NCBI GenBank assembly: GCA_902629855.1
Contig: CACOSI010000001.1
Span: forward strand, 27,154-91,153
Direction: 5' to 3'
DNA: 64,000 nt
DNA from: an uncultured Fidelibacterota bacterium
Lineage (GTDB): Bacteria > Fidelibacterota > Marinisomatia > Marinisomatales > Marinisomataceae
The notes beneath the pieces are model-generated. The model saw nothing but the letters and a program-made list of their open reading frames with translations. It was not told the origin of the DNA and did not search any database. Of this stretch, positions 1-9,357 are shown piece after piece. Positions within the stretch are counted from its first letter, which is position 1. The number at the start of each line of letters is the position of its first letter. Made by a program: the position numbers and the translations under genes.

Positions 1-37
1 AATTAAATTTAAGATATTATAAAATAATATTTTATAA

Positions 38-1243
38 TTACTCAACTTTACTTCTGTTCTTGTAATTTTTCTTTAATGTTGTTTTGTTCGATTCTGTGCT
101 AACTAATTTTTGGAAAAAAGCTGATTGTCCGATAAGGCGTAATAAAAATATCATACCAATAATTCCAACAACAATAGCCCAAGAGAATCCATCTAAGGCT
201 TCTGAATATACTTCAGGACCAACAGGAATATCAGGTATAAGCAAAAGATAAATGCCATAAAATAAAACTACTATTCCTACTAAACCAAAAACACCAAATC
301 CGGGTATTGCAACAAACTCAATAACTAATAAAAACAATCCTCCTAAGATTACTAAAAGATCTGTTGAAGAAGCCAATTGAGTAATATAACCAGCTCCTAA
401 TGCAAGAGTAAGACAAATAATTCCTATTGTTCCTCCAATACCCCAACCCGCACTATAAAGCTCAGATATGATACCAATAGTACCGAATGTAGTGAGCAAT
501 GAAGATACAGTGGGATTAGTTAAAACTCTTACAAGATTTTCTGACCAATTTTCATTTAATCTAGTAATGTTGTAGTTATCAATACCGAGTTCTAATAATA
601 GCTCTTCAACAGTTTCGCTTTTACCATCTGAAATCCCGTATTTTAATGCAAGCTCTGTTGTCAATGTTATTAATTTTCCTTCTTTTCTTCCTTCGATATC
701 TTCAACTTTTAAAGAATCTCCATCAACTACTAAGTATTCAAAACTGAGTTCTTCATCTACCATTCCACGAGCAATATCAGGATTTTTACCAGATTTTTCA
801 GCTGTTGCTGCCATCTCTTCTCTCATATAGCTTTGGGATTTTTCAGATTGTTTAGTACCAGACATATCAACAACACTTGTTGCACCAATTGTGGCGCCTT
901 CTGTCATATAAATTTTATCACATGATAATGCTATGAGTGATCCTGCTGATATTGCCCTACGATTAATAAAACCAACTGTTAAGATATCTGTTCCTGATAT
1001 GGCATCTTTAATTTGAGTAGCAGCGTCTACTCTTCCTCCGAATGTATCAATATCAAAAATTATTAGATCGGCATTTTTGTCCTCTGCCAAATCAATAGAT
1101 CTGTTGACAAGCCCAGGGATGCCTAAATCAATAACATCTTGTATTGGTACAACATAAATGTTCTTTTGGCTCTCGTCTGCTATAGAGGAACCAAAAAAAA
1201 GGAATGCTATAAGAATAGTTATATACTTTAATTTTGTTTTCAT
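38..1243 (-). CDS. NfeD-family membrane-bound ClpP-class serine protease
   Basis: 401 aa. Has an N-terminal signal/anchor (MKTKLKYITILIAFLFFGSS), a ClpP-like region (FDIDTFGGRVDAATQI...RRAISAGSLIAL) and several C-terminal hydrophobic helices, as in long NfeD proteins. Family assignment is from motif memory only. Confidence 0.6.
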   Translation of the reverse strand: MKTKLKYITILIAFLFFGSSIADESQKNIYVVPIQDVIDLGIPGLVNRSIDLAEDKNADLIIFDIDTFGGRVDAATQIKDAISGTDILTVGFINRRAISAGSLIALSCDKIYMTEGATIGATSVVDMSGTKQSEKSQSYMREEMAATAEKSGKNPDIARGMVDEELSFEYLVVDGDSLKVEDIEGRKEGKLITLTTELALKYGISDGKSETVEELLLELGIDNYNITRLNENWSENLVRVLTNPTVSSLLTTFGTIGIISELYSAGWGIGGTIGIICLTLALGAGYITQLASSTDLLVILGGLFLLVIEFVAIPGFGVFGLVGIVVLFYGIYLLLIPDIPVGPEVYSEALDGFSWAIVVGIIGMIFLLRLIGQSAFFQKLVSTESNKTTLKKNYKNRSKVE

Positions 1244-1271
1244 TGCTAATTCAAAGATTTACATTTAGTAG

Positions 1272-2105
1272 ATGCATTTTTTTTTAAAAGCTTTTTCATT
1301 GCTACTTAGAATTGCTCCTAAAGCAATAATAAAAATTACCTATAAAATAATTTATAGTCTACTATTCCATGTACTAAAAATGAGAAGAAAAGTTGTTCTG
1401 GAAAATCTCAAAATAGCATTCCCCAGTAAACCTGATATTTGGTACTACGAAACAATGAAAGCATGTTATAAATTTTTTACTAATGAATTTTTAGACTTTT
1501 TATCATATCCTCGTTTTTTTAATAACCAAAAAATCAAAATAGAGAATATAGAAGTTATTAAAGAAGCTTTTAAAAAAGAGAAAGGTGTTATTTTTGTTGG
1601 AGCACACTTTGGTGCTTTTGATAAGCTTTTTTTCAAATTAAATGAATTAAAATTTGATTTAACAGGAGTTGCTTATAAGCAAAATAGTGGTGGTGCTGAT
1701 ATTTTTTTTAAAGATATAAGGAAAAACTTTCTCAAGAAACAATTTTACAAGGGTGGCGATGCTAAACTTCTAAGTAAATGTTTAAAAGAAAATAACGGGC
1801 TTATATTATTGAGCGATCAAGATGCTAAAAAAAAGGGCGTTGTTGTAAAATTTTTTAATAATGAATCTTCAACCCATTCTGGAGCAGCAATATTAAGTAA
1901 AAGAAAAAAATGCCCTATGGTCTATTTTGAAATAATAAAAGTTGATAATTATTATAATGTAAAATTTAAAAAAATTAGCAAAAGTCTTGGAATCATCGAT
2001 ATTGTTCAAGCGTATACAAAAGAAATTGAAAAAAGTATTAAAAAAGCGCCGGAACAATATTTTTGGTTTCACAAGAGATGGAAAACATTTAAAAAATATC
2101 AATGA
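1272..2105 (+). CDS. lpxL: Lipid A late acyltransferase (LpxL/HtrB family)
   Basis: 277 aa. Has an HX4D acyltransferase motif (GAHFGAFD) and the C-terminal PEQYFWFHKRWK, which matches the conserved ...QYLW.HRRFK tail of LpxL/LpxM enzymes. Confidence 0.6.
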   Translation: MHFFLKAFSLLLRIAPKAIIKITYKIIYSLLFHVLKMRRKVVLENLKIAFPSKPDIWYYETMKACYKFFTNEFLDFLSYPRFFNNQKIKIENIEVIKEAFKKEKGVIFVGAHFGAFDKLFFKLNELKFDLTGVAYKQNSGGADIFFKDIRKNFLKKQFYKGGDAKLLSKCLKENNGLILLSDQDAKKKGVVVKFFNNESSTHSGAAILSKRKKCPMVYFEIIKVDNYYNVKFKKISKSLGIIDIVQAYTKEIEKSIKKAPEQYFWFHKRWKTFKKYQ

Positions 2106-2665
2106 TAAGAATAAGCTTAACTGATAAAGATGCAATCGATATTGCTTTAAACGCACTATCAAATAAAAAAATTATTGTGTATCCAACAGATACTATTTAC
2201 GGTATTGGGACAGATTTAGATAATGATGATGGCATAAATAGAATAAATAAACTTAAAAAAAGAAGTCAACCTATGAGTATTATTGTTGACAATTTTGAAT
2301 CTATTAGAAATAAACTTATAATTGATGAAAAATTTATGAGTGAAATTCAAAATATTGTTCCTTTAGGTGATACATGTATCGTTAGTTATGTCGAAAATGC
2401 TTTTAATAATAGAATAACACAAAACGGCAAAATTGGTTTTAGAGTTCCCAACCATAAATTTCTTATAAAATTACTGAGCATTTATGAAAAACCAATAACT
2501 ACTACAAGCATTAATGAGACAGGAAATCAACCTCTGAACAATCCAGATGAAATAGAAAAAAAATTTGGGGACAAAATTGATTTATTAATAGACGGTGGTA
2601 TTATAAACAACCCTCCGTCAAGTATATATCTTTTTGATAATAATGAAAAAACCAAAATACGATAA
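2102..2665 (+). CDS. tsaC: L-threonylcarbamoyladenylate synthase (YrdC/TsaC family)
   Basis: 187 aa. Has the YrdC-domain signature IVYPTDTIYGIG and PITTTSIN. ATGA start/stop overlap with the upstream gene. Confidence 0.75.
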   Translation: MIRISLTDKDAIDIALNALSNKKIIVYPTDTIYGIGTDLDNDDGINRINKLKKRSQPMSIIVDNFESIRNKLIIDEKFMSEIQNIVPLGDTCIVSYVENAFNNRITQNGKIGFRVPNHKFLIKLLSIYEKPITTTSINETGNQPLNNPDEIEKKFGDKIDLLIDGGIINNPPSSIYLFDNNEKTKIR

Positions 2666-3391
2666 ATGAGATTTATAATACTGTTTCTCTTAAGTCTTTC
2701 TACTATTGTTGCAAATGATCTTAAAAATAATTTTGACACAAAAGTAAAATATGAATATGACGTATTTATAGAAGGTGCACTAGATGTATTAAACCTAAAG
2801 CTTGGTGAAGCATCTTTGTCGATAAAGAATCCAGACATTATAGACGGAATTGATGTCTACCATTTTAATTTTAAAGTTCGTACAACAAAATTAGGTGATA
2901 GAATATATAAGATTCGAAATGAAATAGATGTTTGGGTTAATCAAAAAACTCTCAACGTAGTTAAACAAGATAAAAATATTAGAGAGCTTAGGAAAAAGAA
3001 AAAAACTAAAACCATAATTAAAAAGCAAATAGGAAATACGAATGGAAAAGAATTTAAAGTAAAGGATAACGTTTTTGATCCTTATTCTTTATTACTAATT
3101 CTTTCAACCTTTGATATTGAAACAAATCAATCAAAGATATTTGATATTGTTGATGCTGGTAAAAGCAGGTCAATAGAAATAAAGAACTTGGGAACCGAAA
3201 AAATCAAAACACCTTATGGTAATATACAAGGTTATACTTTATCACCAATCAAAAATGGAGAGCCAGTATTAAAAAATAAAGGTGATATGGAAGTAAGTTA
3301 TGTTTTAATTAATGATAATCTAGTTCCAGCAAAAATATTGATTAGGATTGGAAGTGGAGTTATTGAGCTAAGACTTAAGAAAATACTCTAA
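2666..3391 (+). CDS. Secreted hypothetical protein, DUF3108-like
   Basis: 241 aa. Has a signal peptide (MRFIILFLLSLSTIVAND) and is predicted beta-rich. The segment VFDPYSLLLILSTFD resembles the D-P-x-S..y.lR motif I associate with DUF3108. Weak assignment. Confidence 0.35.
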   Translation: MRFIILFLLSLSTIVANDLKNNFDTKVKYEYDVFIEGALDVLNLKLGEASLSIKNPDIIDGIDVYHFNFKVRTTKLGDRIYKIRNEIDVWVNQKTLNVVKQDKNIRELRKKKKTKTIIKKQIGNTNGKEFKVKDNVFDPYSLLLILSTFDIETNQSKIFDIVDAGKSRSIEIKNLGTEKIKTPYGNIQGYTLSPIKNGEPVLKNKGDMEVSYVLINDNLVPAKILIRIGSGVIELRLKKIL

Positions 3392-4547
3392 TGATATCGT
3401 TTAGTAGCAAAAATATCATTAAAGAAAATAATATAAACATTCCTATGGACTGAATTCTTATTCGGGCTTTTACCGATAAACTTCTTCCCATTAAAACTTC
3501 AATCATAATAATTGCAATATGTCCTCCATCAAGTCCTGGAATTGGCAAAATATTGATATATGCAAGATTAACACTAATTAAAGCCATCAAAAAAAGAAAA
3601 GGAATTAACCCTGCTTGAGCAGCTTGCCCTGCCATATCACCTATCATAATTACACTACCTACGTCGTCACGTGAAACGTTACCTTGAAAAATCATTTTTA
3701 ATGATGAAGTCATTAGTACCATTGCCCATTTAGTCTCATCTACTCCATATGATAAGGATTCAACGAAATTAAGTTTTTTAGATATTTGTTTTTTAGACAC
3801 ACCCAATGCACCAACTTGTTGATCTACTCTGCCACTATCTAAATTAGGTCTAGATGTAAGAGATATATTCTTATTAATAATCTTATCATCTCTCATTATA
3901 TCCATCGAAATATTTTGACTTGGATATTTTTCAATAATCGAAACTGCTTCGCTCCAACCTTCGATTTTGAAATCATTGATACTAATAATTTTGTCACCAT
4001 CCATTAAATTATTTTGATCTGCTGGCCCGCCTGGGACAACATAATCTATAACTGCATCATCATTTTCTGTTATCATTTCTCCTTGAATTCCACCAATCAG
4101 AGAAAAAACAAAAAAAGTAAGAATAATATTCATTATTACTCCTGCGCTCATTACCCAAATTTTTTGCAGTGGTGTTTTAGACTCTAACTCATCTTCTGCT
4201 CCAGCGAATTCGCTGTCCATACTTTCATCAAGAATTCCTTTCATTTTAACGTATCCACCAAGCGGTAAAAGCCCTACAGTAAAGATTGTCTCTGATGGTT
4301 TTGTAAAAGACTTGAAAGTAGTTGAATATATTTTTTTCCATTTAATCTTTGAATTTGAAAATGAAAAAAAATAAATATCTAATATTAAACCGGATTTGGT
4401 CTTTGTTAGGTCAATAAAATTTGGAGGCATTCCAATAGAAAAACGCTCTACCCCGACGCCTACACTCCTCGCAGCAATGTAGTGTCCAAGCTCATGAACA
4501 AAAACAATAACCCCTATTAATACTATGAACGCTAAAATATAAATCAT
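3375..4547 (-). CDS. rseP: RIP metalloprotease RseP (site-2 protease)
   Basis: 390 aa. Has HELGHY (HExxH) in the first TM helix, a central PDZ-like segment and a C-terminal LDGG motif (PIPGLDGGH). Conserved position next to dxr. Confidence 0.85.
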   Translation of the reverse strand: MIYILAFIVLIGVIVFVHELGHYIAARSVGVGVERFSIGMPPNFIDLTKTKSGLILDIYFFSFSNSKIKWKKIYSTTFKSFTKPSETIFTVGLLPLGGYVKMKGILDESMDSEFAGAEDELESKTPLQKIWVMSAGVIMNIILTFFVFSLIGGIQGEMITENDDAVIDYVVPGGPADQNNLMDGDKIISINDFKIEGWSEAVSIIEKYPSQNISMDIMRDDKIINKNISLTSRPNLDSGRVDQQVGALGVSKKQISKKLNFVESLSYGVDETKWAMVLMTSSLKMIFQGNVSRDDVGSVIMIGDMAGQAAQAGLIPFLFLMALISVNLAYINILPIPGLDGGHIAIIMIEVLMGRSLSVKARIRIQSIGMFILFSLMIFLLLNDIIRVFS

Positions 4548-4553
4548 TTTCTT

Positions 4554-5693
4554 CTATTTAGATTCAAAATATAATCTAATATTTTCATCTAATGTATTTA
4601 ATTCTTTAACTGATGGTAGTTTGTCATTTTCAAACTTTTTTACTGTTTCAACCAATTTTGTAAATATTTCTTTAAAAGTAATTTTTCGTTCTAAAAATTG
4701 TTGAACAATATAGTCATTAGCTATACTCATAACCGCCACTCTATTTCCTCCAGCCATAAGTAATTTTTCTGTTAAACTTAAAATTGGATATCTTTTATAA
4801 TCCGGTTTTTCAAAAGTAAGATTTAAAGATTCAAAATTTAATCTTTCCACATTATTTGAAGATCTATTTGGGAAAGTAAGTGCATAAAGAATAGGTACTC
4901 TCATATCTGGAACACCAAGATGGGCTTTATAGGAACCATCTTTGAAGTATACCATCGAGTGTACTATTGACTGAGGGTGGATAACAATATCAATCTTATC
5001 AAAAGTAATGTTAAAAAGCCAAATTGCCTCAATTAATTCTAAAGCTTTATTCATCATAGTAGCCGAATCAATTGATATTTTTCTTCCCATATCCCAGTTT
5101 GGGTGCTTTAAAGCTTCCTCAGGTAAAATTGAATTGAATGTAGAAAGTTCTCTTGTAAGAAAAGGCCCACCACTTCCTGTTAATATAATTTTTTCAATAG
5201 TATCTTTTTTTTCTCCAATCATACATTGGTAAATAGCAGAATGTTCACTATCAACTGGAATAATATTCACATTATTTTTTTTTGCAAGAGGCATTATAAT
5301 ATGGCCGGCAAGAACAAGTGATTCTTTATTGCTTAGCGCTAAATCAGTTCCACTTTTTATAATATTTATGGTTGGCTCAAGTCCACTTGTTCCAACAATC
5401 GCATTTAAAACTAAATCAGCTTTTACTTTTAATGCTAAAGTAGATGAAGAGTTTTCTCCAGATATTAAAATTATATTATTTTTAGTACAAAAACGATTTA
5501 ATGGATGATTCTTTTCAATAATATTTATAGCAACAAACTTTGGCTTAAACTCTTTGACTTGTTTATAAATAGCATCTGCATTTGAATGACAACTAATTCC
5601 AACTAGAGAAAATAATTTATCATTTTCCTTTAAAACTGATAAGGTTTGTAAACCAATTGATCCAGTTGAACCTAAAACACAAACTTTTTTCAT
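4554..5693 (-). CDS. dxr: 1-deoxy-D-xylulose-5-phosphate reductoisomerase
   Basis: 379 aa. Has N-terminal GSTGSIG NADPH-binding motif, plus VDSEHSAI and HPNW.MG motifs typical of Dxr. Confidence 0.9.
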   Translation of the reverse strand: MKKVCVLGSTGSIGLQTLSVLKENDKLFSLVGISCHSNADAIYKQVKEFKPKFVAINIIEKNHPLNRFCTKNNIILISGENSSSTLALKVKADLVLNAIVGTSGLEPTINIIKSGTDLALSNKESLVLAGHIIMPLAKKNNVNIIPVDSEHSAIYQCMIGEKKDTIEKIILTGSGGPFLTRELSTFNSILPEEALKHPNWDMGRKISIDSATMMNKALELIEAIWLFNITFDKIDIVIHPQSIVHSMVYFKDGSYKAHLGVPDMRVPILYALTFPNRSSNNVERLNFESLNLTFEKPDYKRYPILSLTEKLLMAGGNRVAVMSIANDYIVQQFLERKITFKEIFTKLVETVKKFENDKLPSVKELNTLDENIRLYFESK

Positions 5694-5701
5694 TGTCTCA
5701 A

Positions 5702-6472
5702 CTAAATAATACCTCTTTTTGAAGATTTGAAAAAATCAACCACATCTTTAATGTTTTTATCTTCTAAAAATTCTTCGTTGATTCTGTTTATTGCATCTGA
5801 TTGATTCAAATCTGAACGGAAAATATATCTATATGCTTTTTTAAGGTTTGATTTATCTTTATCACTAAAACCTCTTCTTGTTAATCCTAAAGAATTAATG
5901 CCAGAATATTGAACTGGATGTTTCCCAGCAAGAATAAATGGAGGAACGTCTTGTACTATTTTGGAATTAGCAGCAATCATAGCATGTTTCCCTATCTTAC
6001 AAAATTGATGTGCATTACTTGCTCCACCTAAAATAGCCCAATCACCAACTTCAACGTGTCCACCTAAAGCAACAAGATTTACTAAAATTACGTTGTTACC
6101 TATAATACAATCATGCGCAACATGAACACCTGTCATTATTAAAACATCGTCTCCTATTCTAGTTTCTCCAGTTTCCTTAGTACCTCTATTAAGCGTCACA
6201 AATTCTCTAATAATTGTTCTTTTACCAATGATAAGCTTTGATTCTTCCCCTTCAAATTTTTTATCTTGGGGGATTGCTCCTATACTGCTGTTGTGTACAA
6301 TACTACAATCTTCTCCAATATCTGTAAACTCTGATATTGTATTAAAATTACCAATTGTAACGTTATCTCCTATAGAGACGTTCTTCTCAATCACATTATA
6401 TGGACCGATTGTCACGTTCTTTCCAATTTTTACATTTTCATCTATGACACTAGTTGGGTGTATATTATTAAT
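5702..6472 (-). CDS. lpxA: Acyl-ACP--UDP-GlcNAc O-acyltransferase LpxA (start probably non-canonical AUU)
   Basis: Hexapeptide-repeat protein with the LpxA C-terminal helical domain (GLTRRGFS...AYRYIFRS). The ORF-track start is GTG at 6415. However, the in-frame upstream codons encode IHPTSVIDENVKIGKN, which aligns with E. coli LpxA [16 protein letters not shown]. No ATG/GTG/TTG is available there. ATT at 6472-6470 lies 6 nt after GGAG. The 5' end is therefore uncertain (6415 minimal). Confidence 0.8.
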   Translation of the reverse strand: MNNIHPTSVIDENVKIGKNVTIGPYNVIEKNVSIGDNVTIGNFNTISEFTDIGEDCSIVHNSSIGAIPQDKKFEGEESKLIIGKRTIIREFVTLNRGTKETGETRIGDDVLIMTGVHVAHDCIIGNNVILVNLVALGGHVEVGDWAILGGASNAHQFCKIGKHAMIAANSKIVQDVPPFILAGKHPVQYSGINSLGLTRRGFSDKDKSNLKKAYRYIFRSDLNQSDAINRINEEFLEDKNIKDVVDFFKSSKRGII

Positions 6473-6481
6473 AATTAACTC

Positions 6482-6910
6482 CTATTTTTTTACTAGAGTT
6501 GCTAGAAACTCCGATTTAGCAACAACTTCATCTTCAACTGTACAAATTGCATTAAATTTAAATGAATTCATCTTATGTTGTACCAAATCAGCTTTAATAA
6601 CCAGCTGATCACCTGGTATTACATTTTTTAAAATCCTCAAATGATTTACTTTTGATAAATAAACTAAGTGTTTGTCAGGATTATCGATATAATTAAGAAT
6701 TAACAGACAAGAAGATTGAGCCATTGACTCTAAAATTAAAACTCCTGGCATAATTGGTTTTTCTGGAAAATGTCCTGAAAAATGGGGTTCATTTACTGTA
6801 ACATTTTTTAGTGTTTTAATATGTTTTTTTGATTCCTCAACTACTTTATCAATCATAATAAATGGATATCTATGAGGAATCATGTTCAGTATATAGTTAA
6901 TATCTCTCAT
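6482..6910 (-). CDS. fabZ: 3-hydroxyacyl-ACP dehydratase FabZ
   Basis: 142 aa. Has LPHRYPFIMIDKV and HFPEKPIMPGVLILE signatures. Lies between lpxC and lpxA. Confidence 0.9.
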   Translation of the reverse strand: MRDINYILNMIPHRYPFIMIDKVVEESKKHIKTLKNVTVNEPHFSGHFPEKPIMPGVLILESMAQSSCLLILNYIDNPDKHLVYLSKVNHLRILKNVIPGDQLVIKADLVQHKMNSFKFNAICTVEDEVVAKSEFLATLVKK

Positions 6911-7827
6911 TTGAACTGGTCCTTAAATTCTTTTCTTAAAAGTTTTGCAAACTCCACATTACCTTTATGCCCACTTTTAATTGCGGTTACATGGCCCCTT
7001 ATAGGCTTACCTAATAATGCTAGATCTCCAATTAAATCTAAAGTTTTATGTCTTACAGGTTCATTTTTAAATCGTAATTGCTGAGATTTGTATAAACCTC
7101 TAGATCCCTGATAAAATTTAATACCAAACTTCTCCTTAAAAAACTTTACTTCCTCACCATCAATATCTCTATCGACAATTACAACTGCATTACCAATATT
7201 ACCACCTTTAATTAATCCTTGTTTTGCTAACTCTGTTACCTCACTTAAAAGACAAAATGTTCTAGCAGGGGCAATTTGTGTTTCATAGTTAGTATACATA
7301 TTTTGAATTGAACTGTACTGAACATCCAGATCATCCAAATCATATTGAATTGTAAATGTAGTTTTGAAGCCATCAAAAGGGACAGCTAAAACTTCAACAT
7401 CTTTTTCTTCGTCATTATACACAACTGGTTTTGTTATTTCTAAAAAATCAACATCAGATTCTTGTTGAATGATTTTACCTTCATTTAGTGCAGCGACAAA
7501 ATCTTTAGAGCTACCGTCCATAACAGGTGGCTCTTTACTATTTAATTCAATTATTAAATTATTAATACCCATACCTGCACAAGCAGATAGAACGTGTTCT
7601 GTAGTGTGAACTCTAATCCCATTTTCTTCAATGGTTGTTCCTCTAGTTAAATCAACTACGTTATCTATATCAGGAGTGACCTGCTTATCTCCTAAATCAT
7701 TTCTTATAAATTTAATTCCGCTATTTTCATCAGCTGGATGAAATGTCACTGTACTTTGGACACCTGTATGTAAACCAACACCAGTACATGATACAGAATA
7801 TTTTATAGTTTGTTGTTTAGATTGCAT
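6907..7827 (-). CDS. lpxC: UDP-3-O-acyl-GlcNAc deacetylase LpxC
   Basis: 306 aa. Has TGVGLHTG, TTEHVLSA and HKTLDLIGDLAL motifs. A separate gene, not fused to fabZ. Confidence 0.9.
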   Translation of the reverse strand: MQSKQQTIKYSVSCTGVGLHTGVQSTVTFHPADENSGIKFIRNDLGDKQVTPDIDNVVDLTRGTTIEENGIRVHTTEHVLSACAGMGINNLIIELNSKEPPVMDGSSKDFVAALNEGKIIQQESDVDFLEITKPVVYNDEEKDVEVLAVPFDGFKTTFTIQYDLDDLDVQYSSIQNMYTNYETQIAPARTFCLLSEVTELAKQGLIKGGNIGNAVVIVDRDIDGEEVKFFKEKFGIKFYQGSRGLYKSQQLRFKNEPVRHKTLDLIGDLALLGKPIRGHVTAIKSGHKGNVEFAKLLRKEFKDQFK

Positions 7828-8815
7828 CTTTTTTTAATCTTTTTTCTAATAGTTCAAATCTTTTGATAATTGCATCTCTTTTTAATTTTTCTTTAAGTGG
7901 TCTTGCAGGATTCCCAGCATAAACCTGATCACCTTGGAGTGATTTTAAAACACATGACCTTGCAGCCAAAGTTGTGTTTGGACCTAATACGAGATGTGGT
8001 CCAATATCACTTTTACCAGCTATAACTGCAAAATCCCTTATTGTCGTGCTACCTCCAACAAAAACTCCTCCTGCCAACAAACATGCTTTTCCAATATTAA
8101 CATTATGCGCAATGTGTACTTGATTATCAAATTTACAATCATCCCCAATTATGGTATTTTGTACTGAACCTCTATCAATTGTACAAGAAGAACCTATATG
8201 AACATTATTACCAATTATAACATTTTTAACGTGAGGTATTTTATGATGAACATTTTTTTCAGTATGATAGCCAAAGCCATCGCTACCAATTACTGTATTA
8301 GCATCTATCTCACAACTATTACCTAACTTAACATTGTCATAGATAACAACATTATCATGAATGATACAATTATCTCCAATTTCAACATCATCATTGATTT
8401 TGACTCCACTACCAATTAAAACATTTTTTCCAACTTTGGATGTTTTTCCAACATATGAAAAAGGTCCAATAGTAGTTGCGTTTCCTACAATAGCAGAACT
8501 CTCTACTAATGCATCTTTATGGATCTTGCCTGATGCAATTTTACTTGATTTAAAAATATTCAGGATTGTAATCATGGATAAATATGGATTTTCAACTACA
8601 ATACCAGATTTACCAATTAAGTCTTTTTTATTAGTTACAACAAATGCAGAAGCTTTAGAGGATTCAACGCTATTTTTATACTTGGGAGAAAAAGCGAACG
8701 TTATAGATCCTTTTTGCGCAAGATTAATGTCATCTACACAAGAGATTGAAACCCCTCCATCTCCAACAAGAGTACCATTAACCTTTAAAGCTAATTCTTT
8801 AAGGGTAATCAACAA
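7817..8815 (-). CDS. lpxD: UDP-3-O-(3-hydroxyacyl)glucosamine N-acyltransferase LpxD
   Basis: 332 aa. Has an N-terminal LpxD domain, a long hexapeptide-repeat region and a C-terminal helix. Position is skp-lpxD-lpxC. Confidence 0.9.
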   Translation of the reverse strand: MLITLKELALKVNGTLVGDGGVSISCVDDINLAQKGSITFAFSPKYKNSVESSKASAFVVTNKKDLIGKSGIVVENPYLSMITILNIFKSSKIASGKIHKDALVESSAIVGNATTIGPFSYVGKTSKVGKNVLIGSGVKINDDVEIGDNCIIHDNVVIYDNVKLGNSCEIDANTVIGSDGFGYHTEKNVHHKIPHVKNVIIGNNVHIGSSCTIDRGSVQNTIIGDDCKFDNQVHIAHNVNIGKACLLAGGVFVGGSTTIRDFAVIAGKSDIGPHLVLGPNTTLAARSCVLKSLQGDQVYAGNPARPLKEKLKRDAIIKRFELLEKRLKKDAI

Positions 8816-8827
8816 ATATGACCTTTA

Positions 8828-9343
8828 TTATTCTGAGGATTGGTCTGCTTTTCTAAGCTCATATAACACGTCGTCTGTCAAATCAATTGTAGGCTTAGTG
8901 TAAAGAGAAGCTTGGGAACCATCAATTATTAAATCAAAACCTTTTGAAATAGCAACAGCATTTACAGCTGCTTTAAACTTTTCTACAAGCTCAAACTCTA
9001 ATTGTGCTTGCTTTCTGGTTAGTTCACCCTGCGGTCCAACTTTAGATAATTGATAACTCTGCATAGAGTTATTCATATCAACAATATCTTGCTCTTTAGC
9101 TTTTTTTAGCTCTTCTGACATCATTAAGCTTTGTTGCTCATACTCTTTGACCATACTATCTAATTCTGTCGCCATGGTTTGATATTCTTTTTGAATAACT
9201 TCTAATTCTAATTGTAGCTGTTGCTCAACATCCTTGAATTCTTCAAAATCAAGCCTGATTTTTTCAGAAAAAACAATACCTATCTTTTGTTGAGAAAATG
9301 CAATTCCCATCAACAACATTAATACTAATATTTTTTTATACAC
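8828..9343 (-). CDS. skp: OmpH/Skp periplasmic chaperone
   Basis: Coiled-coil, Q/E/K-rich periplasmic protein downstream of bamA. I place the start at GTG 9343 (signal peptide M/VYKKILVLMLLMGIAFSQQ), preceded by AGGAG with a 6-nt spacer. The ORF-track start at 9394 would overlap bamA by 37 nt. Confidence 0.7.
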   Translation of the reverse strand: MYKKILVLMLLMGIAFSQQKIGIVFSEKIRLDFEEFKDVEQQLQLELEVIQKEYQTMATELDSMVKEYEQQSLMMSEELKKAKEQDIVDMNNSMQSYQLSKVGPQGELTRKQAQLEFELVEKFKAAVNAVAISKGFDLIIDGSQASLYTKPTIDLTDDVLYELRKADQSSE

Positions 9344-9357
9344 TATATTCTCCTTCT

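Noticed and set aside
1893-2838. 89-aa and 103-aa minus-strand ORFs across the lpxL/tsaC and tsaC/DUF3108 junctions
   Set aside because: They are antisense to supported genes and have F/L/I/S-rich translations typical of AT-rich shadow ORFs.
8361-8903. 180-aa plus-strand ORF antisense to lpxD/skp
   Set aside because: It is a shadow ORF opposite a hexapeptide-repeat gene. It has a low-complexity P/S/T/L-rich translation, no start context, and lies wholly inside well-supported genes.
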